Shown here: positions 1 to 14,392 of the stretch, piece by piece
Layout: every line of letters starts with the position of its first letter
Numbering within the stretch: the stretch's first letter is position 1
Assembly (NCBI GenBank): GCA_047967505.1
Contig: CM106538.1
DNA length: 64,000 bases
Source: Dipteris shenzhenensis
Taxonomy: Eukaryota
Reading direction: 5' to 3' (one strand)
The notes under the pieces: model-generated
Told to the model about the DNA's origin: nothing
The model's input: the letters and a program-made list of their open reading frames with translations, nothing else
The model's database searches: none
Position numbers and translations under genes: made by a program

Positions 1-626
1 CATCAGCGGTTGGGAGTCTTATGTATGCTATGATAGCTACTAGACCAGATATTGCATTTGCAGTGGGAGTTGTTAGCCAGTATATGGGAAAGAGGCATTG
101 GGAGGCAATTAAGTGCATCATGAGGTACATGAAGGGCACCAAGGAGATGTGCATATGCTTTGGTAGAGAAGACATACGTGTACTTGGGTACATAGATTCA
201 GACTATGTAGGGCATGTGGATAGTAGGAGATCCACTTCTGGTTATGTGTTCACCTTTGCAAGTGGTGCAGTGTCGTGGATGTCTCGTGCACAGAAGTGCA
301 TTGCTTTGTCTACCACAGAGGCTGAGTATGTTGCAGCCACAGAGGGTTGCAAGGAGGCTATATGGCTTGATCGGCTAGTGGGAGATTTGGGGATTCATAC
401 AAGTGTACCGACATTGCATAGTGATTCCATGAGTGCTATTCAGCTAGCACGGAATCTGGTCTTTCATGCAAAGACCAAACACATTGAGGTCATGTACCAC
501 TTCATCAGGGAGGTAATTGACGACAAGCGCATAGAGCTTGTCAAGGTTCATACAGATCATAACCTTGCAGATATGCTGAGGAAGAGTCTACCTAGTCACA
601 GCGGTTTGAGTATTGTCATGTATTGA
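1..626 (+). mobile_element. Ty1/copia pol 3' end (RT C-terminus and RNase H), element truncated by the window start
   Basis: ORF 21-626 has copia motifs TRPDIAFAVG, GYIDSD...RRSTSGYVF, ALSTTEAEY, LHSDSMSAI and HAKTKHIEV. Confidence 0.95.
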
Positions 627-682
627 TGGGCATTGGATAGTATGCTCACTGGTTGTTCTCCCTTAAAGGCACATTGTCCTTT

Positions 683-864
683 AAGTGGGAGGTTGTGGGG
701 GTTAAAGGTCACTGTGCCTTTACCCCGGTTATGTATAATACTCAAACACATATATAAATGAATGAAAAAGAAGATTAGGGTGGTTCTGCACCCACCAAAA
801 CTTGTGTGGCTCTCTGTTTCTCTCTCTCCCTCTTCCGTTCTTGCTTCTGTTGAGAGCACTCTCA
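683..864 (+). mobile_element. PPT and probable 3' LTR of the copia element
   Basis: AAGTGGGAGG (683-692) is followed by TGTGGGGG at 694, the typical PPT-LTR junction just after pol. The LTR end (a CA near 864) is uncertain because the partner LTR is outside the window. Confidence 0.55.
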
Positions 865-3800
865 AAGTATTTATAAGAAGTCCTCAAAAGACTTAGAATG
901 GAGGATTGCAAATCAATAAATATTCAAATGAATCTAAGTGAAAATTTATTAAAGAATGTGGAGTCTTGGAGTAGATGGAACGTTATACGTGCAACTTGTT
1001 GGAAGCCTGATATAGTTCTTTCATTAACATGAATTATTACTTTTTTGTGTTGATTTTTCTATGTGCACCTCTTTAAGCATTACAACTTTACATAAAAGCT
1101 CAGGTGCCATTGACAAGGCCTGTGTAAAGAGAATACAAATTCCAATATATAAACTTACAATAACTCCGTGGAATTTATGCCTGTTGCATGTAATCTTTTA
1201 CACTTGGGAATATACATATATTAGCATTTTTTTGACTTCGTTTCCTATTAATGCATCAGATCTTGTGTGCGGATTGGTGGAAGCATGATTCTATTGTAAG
1301 TGGGGGCACAGATTGCCAGTTGCAAGTGTTTTCCAAGCTGCAAGTAAGCTGAAGGACATTAATTGTGCTCGTTGATGGAAAATATTGTGAACACGTTGAT
1401 ATTTAGGATGCCTTTTGTGAGAATGTCATCTGTAGAGATCACATTTGTTGCTTTGACCAGCTAGGTGTTTTTGAAGCAGAGCACTTTGGCTCCAAAAGAG
1501 CTGTCCTATGCATGCCCAAATATAATCCCTAATTAAACAAGTATAACTGCATAAATCTACCACACAAATACCACTCATCTCTTCTCGGACCATGCAATGT
1601 AGATTTTGCTAAGATCGATAATTAGCGTATAGTGCATTTGTGTAATTTCTTTTTTTCCCCTTTGGTTTTAGAATATAGAAAGAGATATTTCTTGATACTC
1701 ATGTGATTTCTTGGAATAGATCAAACACATGTTTCAAATTTTCTAGATCCTGTGATTTTTTGAAATCACTATAAGCATGTCTCATTACATTTTTTCAGTA
1801 TTTTTTGTGTACTTTCTGGATGTAGTCCAGTAATTTAATAGAACTTCCAAAGGGGTTCATCAACTCATTTACTTTTGGATACATTTTTTGTGTCAAGTGC
1901 TCAAATTCCAATGTGGAATAAGGGGATAAGGGATTTGGATTGTCACAATTTGACAATTTTTTGCAGTGGTATTGGGGTAAGTGCAATAATGAAGTGAAGG
2001 ATTTGGTAGACATCATAATGCCTTTTGGGGTATGGACTCTTTTTTCCCCTTCCCTTTCCCTCACTCGGCTTATTTTTTTGGGTTGGCTTGGATTGGGAAA
2101 CCTATTACTACCGACTTGGATTTCAAAGCAAGGATAAGGGTTCTAATTCAAGAAGATAGGCTTGAAACAATGTCTTGTTCACTGGGTCAGTATGGGTCAA
2201 TGTGTGCATTGATTGCCACTGAGATTTGCTCAGTGGCCAATCATTAGTGTTTCTTTTGGCAAGAAAATAAAGTTCTGTGGAGTGACCAAAACACATGAAG
2301 TCTAAAATTGTGTGAAAATCCTCGAATACATCAACATGAAGTGAGGCTGTTATAGCAAATATGGAGAGTGGACTTGCCATGAAGGCCCTGTGGTTGAGTA
2401 TGGAGTAAAACATGGTCCCACTCTCTCATGAAAGCCGCTCTCTCGACCACTGCTGCAGGTGAAGAACCTTGGACTCTGCTCCAAGTGGCGATGGGGTGTG
2501 TATGATATCCTGCCAGATCAGTGTGAGTGATTGGAAGGTGTCTTGATCTCATTTAGGGCTTCAGTGCATCTGGATCTCCAAATCTGCCATTTGATGAGAC
2601 TAGCCATGACCTCCCCTTTGATGAGTGAAGGGTGTGTCTCTATTTACCATTTCCACTGCTGAAACCAGTCACTCTGATTATCGTAAGTAAAATATTCTCA
2701 ATTGGGGTCTGCTGTGAAGGAGAGTGACAATGCCACTGAGTGTTTGAAATTTCAAAATGTTATCAGGAACTTCTTCCTTTTCTTGAATTACAAATCACAC
2801 GAGTTTGCTAATCATGACATTATGAAAGATGCAATCAATTGAAAATGTATTCTAAATAGCATAGCCTCATACTAAATCTTTAAATTAGATATAGTTGAAT
2901 GTATCAAATGTTTTCTAGATTTGTGTAATGTATGTTATTTTACATAGGATCCAATTATCCCCATTAGCAACTATTCCCCATGAACTATTGGATCTTGCCC
3001 CACATCCCTATGCTTATGTGATTATTGGTTTTGTTTCCTATTTTTGTACAATATTACTTGGAATTCCCATCTTTTAAACAAAATTTTGTAGAATACGAAG
3101 AAGTATGGTCACAAATACTCCAGAGGAAAAGCATGATTGGTATACCCATTAACATATGCATTGCTCTATATATTTTAACAAACTTGATGTCAACAGTCTA
3201 CACATTGCAAATTTTATCGTGTTACAAAGCAAATACACAATTTCCTTGTCGAACATGCTATTCTTACATGTGACGTCTATATCTTAGGCTCTATATGACA
3301 TTGGAATCTATTCAAACACATAAAAAAGATATTCTACACATTTATGCAAACAAGTGTTCATTGAAAATTCCAAATTCTTAATTACTTATAAACCAAATGA
3401 GATAATCACTTCATAACTCCATGCTTCTTATAAAGTTTGTGGTAATAACATGTTGATTTTAGGTAATATTCGTAGCCTGACTGAGCCTAACATGGGTGTA
3501 AGAGGAACTATTTAATGAATGTGATGCTTTTTGAAAATTGTTTTTACAATGTTTCATTTCCCATGTGCTTCCTTGGAATAAAGGTGTTTGGATCTATTAA
3601 ATAATAGCTTGAAGCTTGGTAGCATGCCCTTTTGCCTCGTGATTTTTTACATCATTTAGGTATCCTCATACTTGCTTAGGAGGCATCGAGAAATCCAAAA
3701 AACCTCAACACATAATTATCAATCGAAATAGACACCGCTCCTTTCAAAAATTCATATCTTTGGCACTATTTTTGAAATTTGAAGGTGAGACATTTCATAG

Positions 3801-4559
3801 ATTTGGCATGGGCTTTTGAAATTTTAATGCTCTTGCTTAAGTACATCAGGCTCTATGTCACTTATTTTTGTAACTCGCCCTCCCTTCATGCTCTGTTCTC
3901 CTCTCTTGTTTGTTTTTCTTCTATGCTTCAATCTTATTGAGGGCATGTACTCAGTCTTGGATTTGGTGTAGCCACTAATGGAGCATTAGTTGATCCTTCT
4001 AGTTGTCTTTTAATCACTTTATAAGCTAGTTGTTTTTAATTCACTTTATAAGCTAGTTGGTCTCATATCCTCCATTATTTGCTCATGTTTATGTACATAA
4101 GAAAGCATATGGGGACATGTAGCTTGCTATGGTCAATTGTAAAATAATTAGGAAAAAGCTACCCATGGATATAGAGAAATTGAGTATGAACTAAAGAGCA
4201 TAATTCAAACTATGAAAGTAAAAACGACATCCCGTATCTCTCTTATCCATAAGTACTAATGCCATACCATCTTCCTATCCAATCCTCATCCTCCCAACAT
4301 TTCATTTCTCCATTTTGCTCTCATCGTTTGCCCTTCCCCCTTTCTCTCTCTCCACAAACACATCCTTCAATACACATGCTTTGGATTGGAAGAGAAGTTT
4401 ATAAAGGAACAAAATGTATCCATAAAAGCATCAAATTGTATTAGAGTTAGTAGCAACATCGGTACAAAAGTTTGTACAAGCATTGATAAAAACATAAAAA
4501 ACATTAGTTTGGATGACTCGTGGGTAAAGGGTATCGTGTCAAGAAAATATTGTACAAGA

Positions 4560-6430
4560 AAAAAATATTGTACAAGGCCACATTCCACATACCCTTCACT
4601 AGTTTGGACAATCTATGGGTAAAGGGTCTCGTGTCAAGGAAATAATGAGATCAAAAGGCCACGTAAGTCAATTAGATTCCACTTGTCCTCTAATTCAACC
4701 ACAAACAATCTTTTTGACACTTCCTTTACCGAGGGAGCTAGTTTGGCCAACCAAGGAGATAAAGAGCCTTGAGTTAAGAAAAAAGTACGAAAGGATCTTA
4801 TACTTGATGGGATTGATCTTGTGGCAAGGCCACATAACCATTGATCCCAATTGTCCATCTAATTCATCCATAAATGGTTTCTTTTCACACTTTCAAATAA
4901 AGAGGATTATTTTTTATTGATCTGGGCACACATACTGAGTAAGGGCCTTCAATTTGCGAAATAAAAGAGCACTCATACTTAAATGATATTGAGCTATAGC
5001 AAGGCCACATAAGCACTTCTATGCCATCCATTCCCTTTTCCCCTTTCCTCTCTATTTTTCTCCTATATTTCATCCATGAATTATCTTTTTTAAACACTTC
5101 CATTATCAAGGGAGCCATTTTTCATTGAAATGACCAAACCAAAAAGAGCCTCAAGTCAAGAAAGGAGGGTGCAAGGCCATCGTACTTGAGGGTATTGAGC
5201 TTCTAGCAAGAACAAATAAGCATCACATTCACTGGTGGTGGTTTTGGGGGGTGTTCACTCTTTGTAAACCCCATATAGCATGTGCGAGCAAGCATGTATT
5301 AAAAATACCCCAATTACTAAGTTGCCCCTTATATATGTAAATAGCTTGTACATTTCATTGGAAACTAAATACTTTCCTATGCACTAATGTGTTATGTTAC
5401 ATGTCACCCCCCCTCCGCCCTCTACTTGGTTAAATTCCACTTGCCCGTTTAATTCATCCTTAAATAATCTTATTCCACAATTCAATACCAAGGGAGCCAT
5501 TTTTCATTGGAAAACAAGGGACCCAAGTCAAGAAAAGAGTGTATTGCCCATAGAATTGATGGTATTAACCTCATGGAATGGCCATATAAGAACTTGCCCT
5601 TCAATTTCATTCATATTGAATGTGATTGATCTTGTAGCAAGTCCACATGAGCATTGTATTCCAATTACCTCACTAATTTAACCATAAATGGTCTCTCTTC
5701 ACAGGAGCCATTTTTTGCAAATTTGGCCAATTGAAGCGGGTAAAGAACATCAAGTCTAGAAATGAGGGCACAAGGCTCTCATACTTGATGGAGGTTAGAT
5801 TGTATCATGTCCACAAAAGCATTGAATTCCACTTACCTCTCTAGTTTAACTACATATTATCTTTTTTTACACTTTCTCTTCCAAGGGAGCCATTTTTCAC
5901 TAAAGGATTTCATAATAAATGGAATTGAGCTTGTGTCAAGGCTAAATAAGCATGTCATTTTGATTTTTCCTCTAATTCAACCAAAAATGGCAAGGAAAAA
6001 TAATCACTATATTCCATTTTACCATCTAATACAAGCATAAATGGTCATTTTTCAAAGTTTCTTTACCAAGGGAGCCATTTTAAACTAATTTGGCCAACTC
6101 AAGCAATTAAAAAGCCTTGAGTTGGTGGGAAATTATGTGCAGGGCTCTCATAGATGATGGAATTAAGATTATATCAAGGCCAGATAAGCATTGGATTCCA
6201 CTTGCCCCTCTCGTTTGACCATAAACAATATTTTTTCACAATTGCTTTGCTAAGGGACCCATTTTTCATGGGTGCTTCTAAATTGGTTTGTCTAAATGAG
6301 TGTGCAAAGTACTCAAAATTGAAGGAATCGATGCTGTGGGATTATCACATAAAAATGAGTTTGCACTTGCCCCTTTAATCATCTTTGCTAATATGTCATT
6401 TTTACACTCTCTATACAAGGAAGCTAGTTC
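4560..6430. repeat. Old degenerate tandem array, ~180-190 bp period
   Basis: The motif GGGAGCCATTTT recurs near 4731, 5110, 5491, 5705, 5885, 6070, 6253 and 6419, together with CATACTTGATGG and CAAGGCCACATAAGCA. Confidence 0.65.
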
Positions 6431-7589
6431 TCATTAATTTTGGAGAATAAAATGGGTATGTACTCAAGCAATAGGTATGTGCCTAAGCAACATGTGTGCA
6501 AGGAAATGAGGTTTGCATGGATTGAGATTGTGGTAAGATTACACAAGTGTGTGTTTCCTCCAAGTGAAGAAAGTACCAATGAACTCTTCTTAAAGATCAA
6601 AAAATAAAAAACATTGAAATAAGAATCCCTTTTAAACATCAAATTGGAAAATTATCAAAGCTTTTATTGATGCTTATTTTGATTGTGATAGAGTATTTCA
6701 ATTTCTACATTGCTTTCCTTCCTCATTTCCATTTCCACCCATAGTGTAGATTTGTATAGCCAATAGGTTGGTGTCCCTTCCCTCCCTCTTTGTTTGTGTA
6801 GAGTGTATTGTGCGAGGATTATTGAGGGTGAATGGATGGATAGGTTATCGCTGTGAGTTAGGCTCAAAGCAACTCACCGATGAGGATGGAAGTAGGTTGG
6901 TGGTCAATGGAGAGGGAGGAGGGTCTTGTGCAGGGCTCAAAATGGGGAAGAGGATGGAGGATAATGAGGGGGTGGAGTGGGTTTTTATAGGAATGGGTTT
7001 AGGATTAGGGTTAAACCCTAAACTCTTCCCAGGCCATAACTTTTCATGGTTAGCTCAGATCCCTCTTCTGTAAAATGGTGAAATGTTTGAAATTGCGACC
7101 TCTACACATTAATGTCCATTAGATAGCTTGATTTGCACTTCAAGTGGATTTTTTTAAGAAATAAAGAAAATTTCTTAAGGTAGTAACCCAAGGTTGATGC
7201 TTGTGGTTGATATGTTTAGCTAGAGTTGGAGTTTTTTTAAAACTCTCCTTACTCTTGAGTGCTATGTTCTAGAAAATTTGTGGTAGTTTGTTTTTTACAC
7301 ATACTTGCATATGTTTACTCATTATTGGAGACACTAGTCTCCCTAAAAAACGATGCCAAATGTTGGCTCTTTTCCATGGCTTCCATAGGTAGAAAAGGGT
7401 ATTCTCAGTATGCAGGGTTCCGAGGCTATATCGGTGTTGTTGTTTGTAGTATAAGTGTAGATTAGGACCTTGTGTCATATTCCGGTGAGAGATGTAGGCT
7501 TAAGTTTGGTAAGCAAACATAGTGCATGCATGTGTGAAAAGAACATGTAACATCATGATTCGGGCAATGAAGGCTTTCGCCTCCATTGG

Positions 7590-7990
7590 GGGTTAAAAGG
7601 TTTAGAACGAGTTTAGCGATTAGAGGGAGGTTCAAGGTTCAAAAGGAGGTTCGAGGGTTTAGAAGAGGGTCTAGGGTTTAGAAGGGGTGGGTTCAGGGTT
7701 TAGAAGGAGGATCCAAGATTCAGGGTACAACACATGGCGGAGAACTGGAGGTCAAGGGTTGAGGGACTAAGGGTTTAGGGGGAGCATAGGAGTGGGAGAG
7801 GAAGAAGGTGTAAGAGCATAGGAAAGGAGGAGAGGGTGGAGAAGGGAGGAGGAGGAGGGAGGAGAAGGAAGGAGGAGGAGGAGGAGGAGGAGGAGGAGGA
7901 GGAGGAGGAGGAGGAGGAGGAGTTGGGAGGAGGAGAGGGAGAGGAGGGGTTGCAACGTTGGAGGAGAGGGGAGGAGGAGTTGCAAGGTTA
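7590..7990. repeat. Degenerate GGTTTAG-type repeats followed by a (GGA)n microsatellite (core ~7869-7921)
   Basis: Read directly from the sequence. Confidence 0.8.
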
Positions 7991-8134
7991 GGACATGCTT
8001 TTGGATGTGCAGTGTAAGGAAGCATGGACACTTGGAGACAATTGCTTGGAATACCAAAGTAGAACTCAACACAATGCCCCAAAGAGTATGGGATTCATTC
8101 CATTATGGGGTATTTATACAAGTTGGAGAGCTTC

Positions 8135-8305
8135 TCTCTCTGCATGTAGGAATTGTAAAACATTCTCTCTCTACATGTAGAACTTGCATTTAGAACTTAC
8201 ATGTTGCATGTTGGAGTTGCATGTACAAACTGCATGTAGGAATCATATGTAGAGCTTGCATGTAGAACATGCATGTAGGAGTTGCATGTTGGAGATGCAT
8301 GTTGA
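8135..8305. repeat. Minisatellite of TGCATGTAG/TGCATGTTG units (~14 bp)
   Basis: About ten imperfect copies read directly. Confidence 0.75.
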
Positions 8306-10169
8306 GGATTCCTAAGCGAGATTATTCCTAGACTTATGCAAGTATAAGCAGAGCTTTGCCACTACTCTACACACACATTCTGTGCTACCTAGGTCCATGT
8401 TGGCCTAGAGACAACAAGCATTAAACGGCCTTGTCAAAATTTGCTTGTCTAGTCTTATCACTAGATTTCTTGCAATGTGAGCTTGTTTTATGCTGTAGAA
8501 CTACATCCAGGATTTTCCAATGTTCACAAATTTTGAGTTCAAAGCTCTGAGTATGAACAATGAAAAAGGTTTGAACGGTAGTAGTGGTAAAAGGTAATGA
8601 ATATCAGCTTAAGCCCGCTTGGGTTGATGGAGGAAGAGATCACCCACTCTAATAGCATGGAGGGGGATGAGAAGGGAGGTGCAAGTGGTGAAGAGGGACT
8701 GGGTGATCAAAACAAAGATTGATTGTTAGACTCTACTCACAACAGGGATTAATTCTTGGAATCCAACCAAAACAACAAGATTGCTATTACTTAGTATAAA
8801 GTTGTGAGTTTAGGAAAATTGGTTTTGGTTTTAAGACTTACATTCCTTTCTTCTTCTCAATTCTAACTGATAATAAAAAATACCTTGTATGTGTTAAAAG
8901 GTCTTGTGTAATTGTGTGTGTGTGTGTACTCTTGTTTGCTTAGCTCCATGCTGTGTTTATGTGTGGACCATGGATAGAAGGAAAAATAGGTTCTTAATGC
9001 ATGAAAAAATGTTTTATGGACTTATTTTTGGAAATGCAACAAGAGAAATGCATAGATTTTCGGATGAAAAATGCAAATCGATAGGAATAAGTTGGAGGTA
9101 CACAACCATTTGATGGTGATGTTGCAAATGCTTTTGATCAACATGCAACTAAAAGCCAATGCATCTTAGGTTGAACCTCTAGAGTCATAAATAGGCATTA
9201 AGTGAAACCTATGATAGTTCCAACTAGGCTTCATGTAGAGATTTCTTATGGTACTTTTAATCCTTTTCAAGATCCATTTTCACATAGGATGGGAAAAACC
9301 AAAATCTTCATGGCCCAAAATGGGAATTTGTTACTAAAATACTCAATTGTGTTGATTTGAAATGCAACTCTAGGAAGGAGAGAAATTCGGGGAGAACCTC
9401 CATGTTAGGTTTATTATGCAAGCCTGACATAGGACCTTGGGACATCCCTTTGAGGAAAACAACAAGTATGCTTCATCTTTCAAAGACTTTTCCACCTTTC
9501 AAAACAAGGAAGGTTGTTTGCACATGTTAGAGTATAGTAGTTGGCAAAGACATGCCAACATGGAGATGGTGGGATCACATGCTATCACATGTAATAGACA
9601 AAACTTATTTCCTTTCTTTGCGTTATGTTTCTTGCACATATTTTCTTACATTATATCCTTAATTCAACTCCTCAACACAACTACCCTTGCACCTCTTTTA
9701 CACTATACTTTCCTAGACATTATTTGCTTTTGGATGGATACGTGTGAACCACTATGCATGATTGAATGTAATGGCCATGTAACCTCAGGACCATGCTTTC
9801 ACATGCTAGCTAGTGCATGATATTAGAGATAGTCAAGAATGCTACTAGAATAGTTATTATTGGTATTCTATATATAGAATATCTATTAGAATAGGTTATT
9901 AGAATATATAGATAACTCTATGCATCTACATGTTTTCCATACACTTTAATTTTACATTGAAATGCAGTATGATTTAAGAATATTGTATTTGATGCCAATG
10001 ATCATGAATTTATGTGATCAAATCTATGGCTAAAGGCAGTATTCACTTCAAAGACAAATCCACCATGCTGTAGATACTAGCAACCAAAAGATGTTCCATG
10101 TAATAGAGATGGATGTTTGAGTAGATACAACACGTGACAAGGAAGCTAGATGGATGTTTTTTTGACTAG

Positions 10170-10273
10170 ATAGACCAAAAGGAGAGGGAGAGGGAGAGGG
10201 AGATAGGAAGAGGGAGACAGTGGGGACATAAATAGAGAGGGAGCTCTAGAAGGGTGAGATTATAGAAGGGGGG

Positions 10274-10323
<50 letters not shown>

Positions 10324-10799
10324 TTAGAAAGGAGAGATATGGACATGGAGAAGGAGATGGAGTTGGAGACGAAGATAAAGACAGAGATGAGAGAGACAAG
10401 ACAAAGGTAAGACAGAGATGAGATAGATATGGAATTAGAGACATAGATGGAGATTTAAATATTCGAGATGGAGTTAGAGAGGGGGAAGGGAATTTTAAAA
10501 GGGGGAGGGGTAAAGGGAATTTTAAAAGGGGTTATGGTGGGAGGGTAAGAGAGAGAGGGAGAAGGGGGGAGAGGGAATCTAGGAAGGGTAAGGGGCATTG
10601 AATATCATATGGGAGGGAATGGGAGGGAAAACATGGGATAGGTGGGGAGGGGATGGCAAAGGAAAAACGAGGCAAAAGGAGAGGGAAAGGGAGTGAGGGA
10701 CGAGATGGGGGATAAGCAGAAGGGAGGGATGGAAAATGTGAGAGGAAACGGGATGGGGGATAAATGGGGAGGGAGGGGAAATGAGGAATTGATAAAGTG

Positions 10800-10840
<41 letters not shown>
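10170..10840. repeat. Purine-rich low-complexity tract with two (GA)n microsatellites (10278-10320, 10802-10838)
   Basis: Read directly from the sequence. Confidence 0.9.
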
Positions 10841-10841
<1 letters not shown>

Positions 10842-11879
10842 TGCACACGATATAACTAGTTGTACACTATGTTGTATTGAACATAAACATGAATATATAC
10901 ATGATAACCCCTTAAGGTTAGGGTTTTCCCCTGATTCCCTTAAGGTATGGTGCACTTTACACCATCCTTAACACCCCCTTTTAAATGGCAATATTTTTGT
11001 GGATTTTGTTCGGTACATATGATATCATCCAAAACTGGAAAAGAAAACTGAAAGGAATCAAAGTAGTATGTGCATATGTGAGCACAGTGACTACGTAGTG
11101 GAAGCATGTACAATGAGTACAACCTATGTGATCTTATATATAATGTGCATTTCCCCCTCTTAAGTTGTAGGTCATCCTTGGCCTTTGGCAATGGGTCATT
11201 TTTTGCTTGGATGTAGCCATTTTTGGTGAGGTTCAGGGGCTTTTCTGTATATAGGTATCTTGCATGACCCATAACTTATGCATTGCTTAACGATATTCGG
11301 CAAACTTTGTCTTCAAGTTGTAGTAAAATTCCAAACTTGAACATGAGAGCAAAAAATTATGGAATAAGGATTTGGAACAAGACCATTAAAGCATCACAAG
11401 TGCTATGTTGCATGTGAAGCATGCATCCTGAAGACTATAGGATATAGCAATTTATTCAAAAACATAAAAATTTTGTTCTATACATACATGCAAGCAAGTA
11501 ATCATTCAAAAGTGCACTACGTGAGCTTCTCCTCAACCCAAGGACACACCTAAATAAGATAATTATGCATGGGTTAACGGGCCTCCAATGTTTTGCTAAA
11601 GTGATGCATACCCATTTGAGCGCATGCCCCATAATTTTTTTTTGATTTGTTGAAAACCAAAACAGATTGAAAATTTGGAATCCAAACTATTGGGACTAGT
11701 GCATGGTAGTCTTAAAACATTGATAGGTGTTGCTATTAGTATCTAGATTCACCCTAAAATGGAAAAAGTTGAAAAAGTGCAATTTAGGCTGTGAGAGTTT
11801 CTCCAAATAACAAGGACGTCTATAGAAAGTAGATGGGATGCAAGATGTTTGACGAGCACATCATGCACATGCTTGATAC

Positions 11880-13565
11880 AACGCATGTCAGTGGTTGCCT
11901 AAACCATCTCAGTGGCTGCTTGTGATTGAGATTTGGGAATATAGTTTACTTGTTTCATTTCTTAATGCAATGCAAGTCAGTGGTTGCCTAAACCAGCCCG
12001 GTGATTGTTTGTGATTGAGCTTTGGGATAGTTTACTAGGCTGGCCTAGACTTAATGTGATTGTCTTAAACCAGCCCAGTGGTTGGAATATCATGCAATCG
12101 TGTGGCTGGTTTAGCTCAAACACCAAAACCAAGCTGGCTTGGACTTAATGTGATTGTCCTAAACTAGCTCGGTGGTTGGAACATCATGCAATCATGGTTG
12201 GGTCAGCTCAAACACCAGTTATGTGATTGTCCTAAATCAGCCCGGTGGTTGGAATATCATGCAACTATGCTCCAACTATGTGGCTGGTTCAGCTCAAACA
12301 CCAGAAACGAGATGGCTTGGACTTAATATGATTGTCCTAAACCAACTCGGTGGTTGGAACATCATGCAATTGTGATTGGATCAGCTCAAACACCAGTTAA
12401 GGCTAGAGGAGGTAGGCACTGACAATGAAATGCATTTTTGTTGGTTTAAGATTACTTGCAACCCCCATAAAATATAACCTTTAGTAAATCCCAAATAACC
12501 ACTGCGCTTATTTCAATAAATCCCAATCAATAAATCCCAAACAAGGGAAAATATAAATCCCAAACAATATACTTATCCCAAACAACCATTGAGCTTGTTT
12601 TAGTGACAATGATTGTGCATGAGGGACCATCTAATTCATAGGCTCAGATTAGCATTGAGCCGGAATTAGATTGTAATAACAATGATTGTGCATGAGGGAC
12701 CATCTAATTCACAGGCTCAGATTAGCATTGAGCTGGAATCAGACTATAATAACAATGACCTTGCATCTAGTTCATAAGCTTAGATTAGCATTCAGTCGGT
12801 TTATCAGCCTGTAATAACAATAGTTTAGAATGAGAACTAGAATTATAAGATGAGATAGACTGTAAGAACATATCACACTGTTAGAATTACCATCTAATCG
12901 CACGTCATGAGCAACCATCTAATTGCACATCATGGCTAGATGATGATATATATGACTGCCTTGGGCTACTAGCAAAGCTGGGTGTATGTGCCACTGCTCC
13001 TCCCCCCCTCATCCCATTTAATTATTATGATCTTGGCTTTGATGACCCAGAAATTCTCCCATGGCAACCATCTAATCGGTTGTCATGGCTAGATGATGAT
13101 GTGAGACTGAGAAATTCTCCCATGGCAACCATCTGATCGAGCATCATGGCTAGATGATGATCAAGCATTATGGCTAGATGATGATGTAAATGACTGCCTA
13201 GGCTAGGCTAGGCTACCAGTAAGCTGGGTGCATGTGCCACTGCTCCTCCCCCCTCTTCCTATTGAATTATCATAATCTTGGCTCCGATGTCCATGAAATT
13301 CTAGCATGGCAACCATCTAATCGCACGTCATGGCTAGACAATGCTGTAGATGACTGCCTATGCTAGGCTGGGCTACCAGCAACATCCAGTGGGAGGATTG
13401 TGTACTCTTAGCAGTGGTAGGCACTCATAGTCGCACAACTGGCGTCATGGCTAGACGATGATGTGGATGGCTGCCTACGCTAGGCTGGGCTACGAGCAAC
13501 ATCCAACGGGTGGATTGTGTGCTCTTAGTAGTGATAGGGCCCACCCACAGTCGCACAACTGACAC
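11880..13565. repeat. Cluster of adjacent minisatellites and short tandem duplications
   Basis: GTGATTGTCCTAAACCAGC..GGTGGTTGGAA units (11880-12400), ~78-bp ACAATGATTGTGCATGAGGGACCATCTAATT units (12605-12825), and CAACCATCTAATCG..CATGGCTAGATGATG units (12890-13560). Confidence 0.8.
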
Positions 13566-13774
13566 AAGAAATGAAGGGAAAAAGAGTGGGAGGGCGGCAA
13601 TTCTAGCTACATAAAAGCCTTAAGAGCAGAGAAACAATTCACTGCACCCAGGAAAAATTCTCTCCTACCCCCTTCCATGCTCTCTCCAATGCTGCCCAAG
13701 TCATGGGATCCATTGTTTGGCTTGGCTCTCCATCCTGCAACACTCCACCAACCATAGCCATGACCAAGGGAGTT

Positions 13775-14392
13775 ATAGGATGGGGAGCTAAGGGAAATGG
13801 GTCGTCGTTGTTCCGTTCCGTCAGGCACTGGCAAAGAACTCACCTTGGTGATGAGACTCTCATAATTTAGCACAACCTTCGGCATTGGGGAAGGAGAACT
13901 CAACTTGGTGATAAGCTGTAACACAGTGAGAGCATGCGTTAGTGTGCTGGAGCTCACCACTAGATTGAGTTCCCTGTCCACTGTCAAATGTTGTGCTTGA
14001 TTGAGCTCATTGCCAAGTTGAGTTCCCTCTTGAAAGAAGCAATTCCTTGATAATCCCACTAGTGCCTTGAAAGAAGTTGCAAAGAAGAAAGCAATTCCTT
14101 GATAACCAACCATGTTGTAGGATGGGGACCTAAGGGAAATGGGTCATCATTGTTCCGTCAAGCACTAGGAGAGAACTCAGCTTGGAGATGAGCCTCTCGT
14201 AATTGCACACAACCTTTAGCATTGGGGAAGAAACTCAACTTGGTGATCAGCTCTAACACACTGAGAGCATGTGTCAATATGCTAGAGCTCACCATCATAT
14301 TGAGTTCCCTGTCTGCTATCGAACGTTGTGCTCATGTGAGCTCACCTCCAAGATGAGTTCTCTCTTCTAGTGCCTTGAAAGAAGTTGCTATG
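13775..14392. repeat. Diverged tandem duplication (~340-bp offset)
   Basis: TAGGATGGGGA.CTAAGGGAAATGGGTC starts both copies (~13775 and ~14118), and the downstream sequence aligns by eye. Confidence 0.75.

Noticed and set aside
1795-2700. Possible LINE or other TE coding remnant
   Set aside because: Coding-like composition, but no diagnostic motif could be read.
6995-7705. Telomere-like TTTAGGG/CCCTAA words
   Set aside because: Only scattered, degenerate copies, with no true tandem telomeric array.
13607-14113. 168-aa minus-strand ORF
   Set aside because: It lies in a diverged tandem duplication whose second copy does not preserve the frame, and no domain is recognisable.
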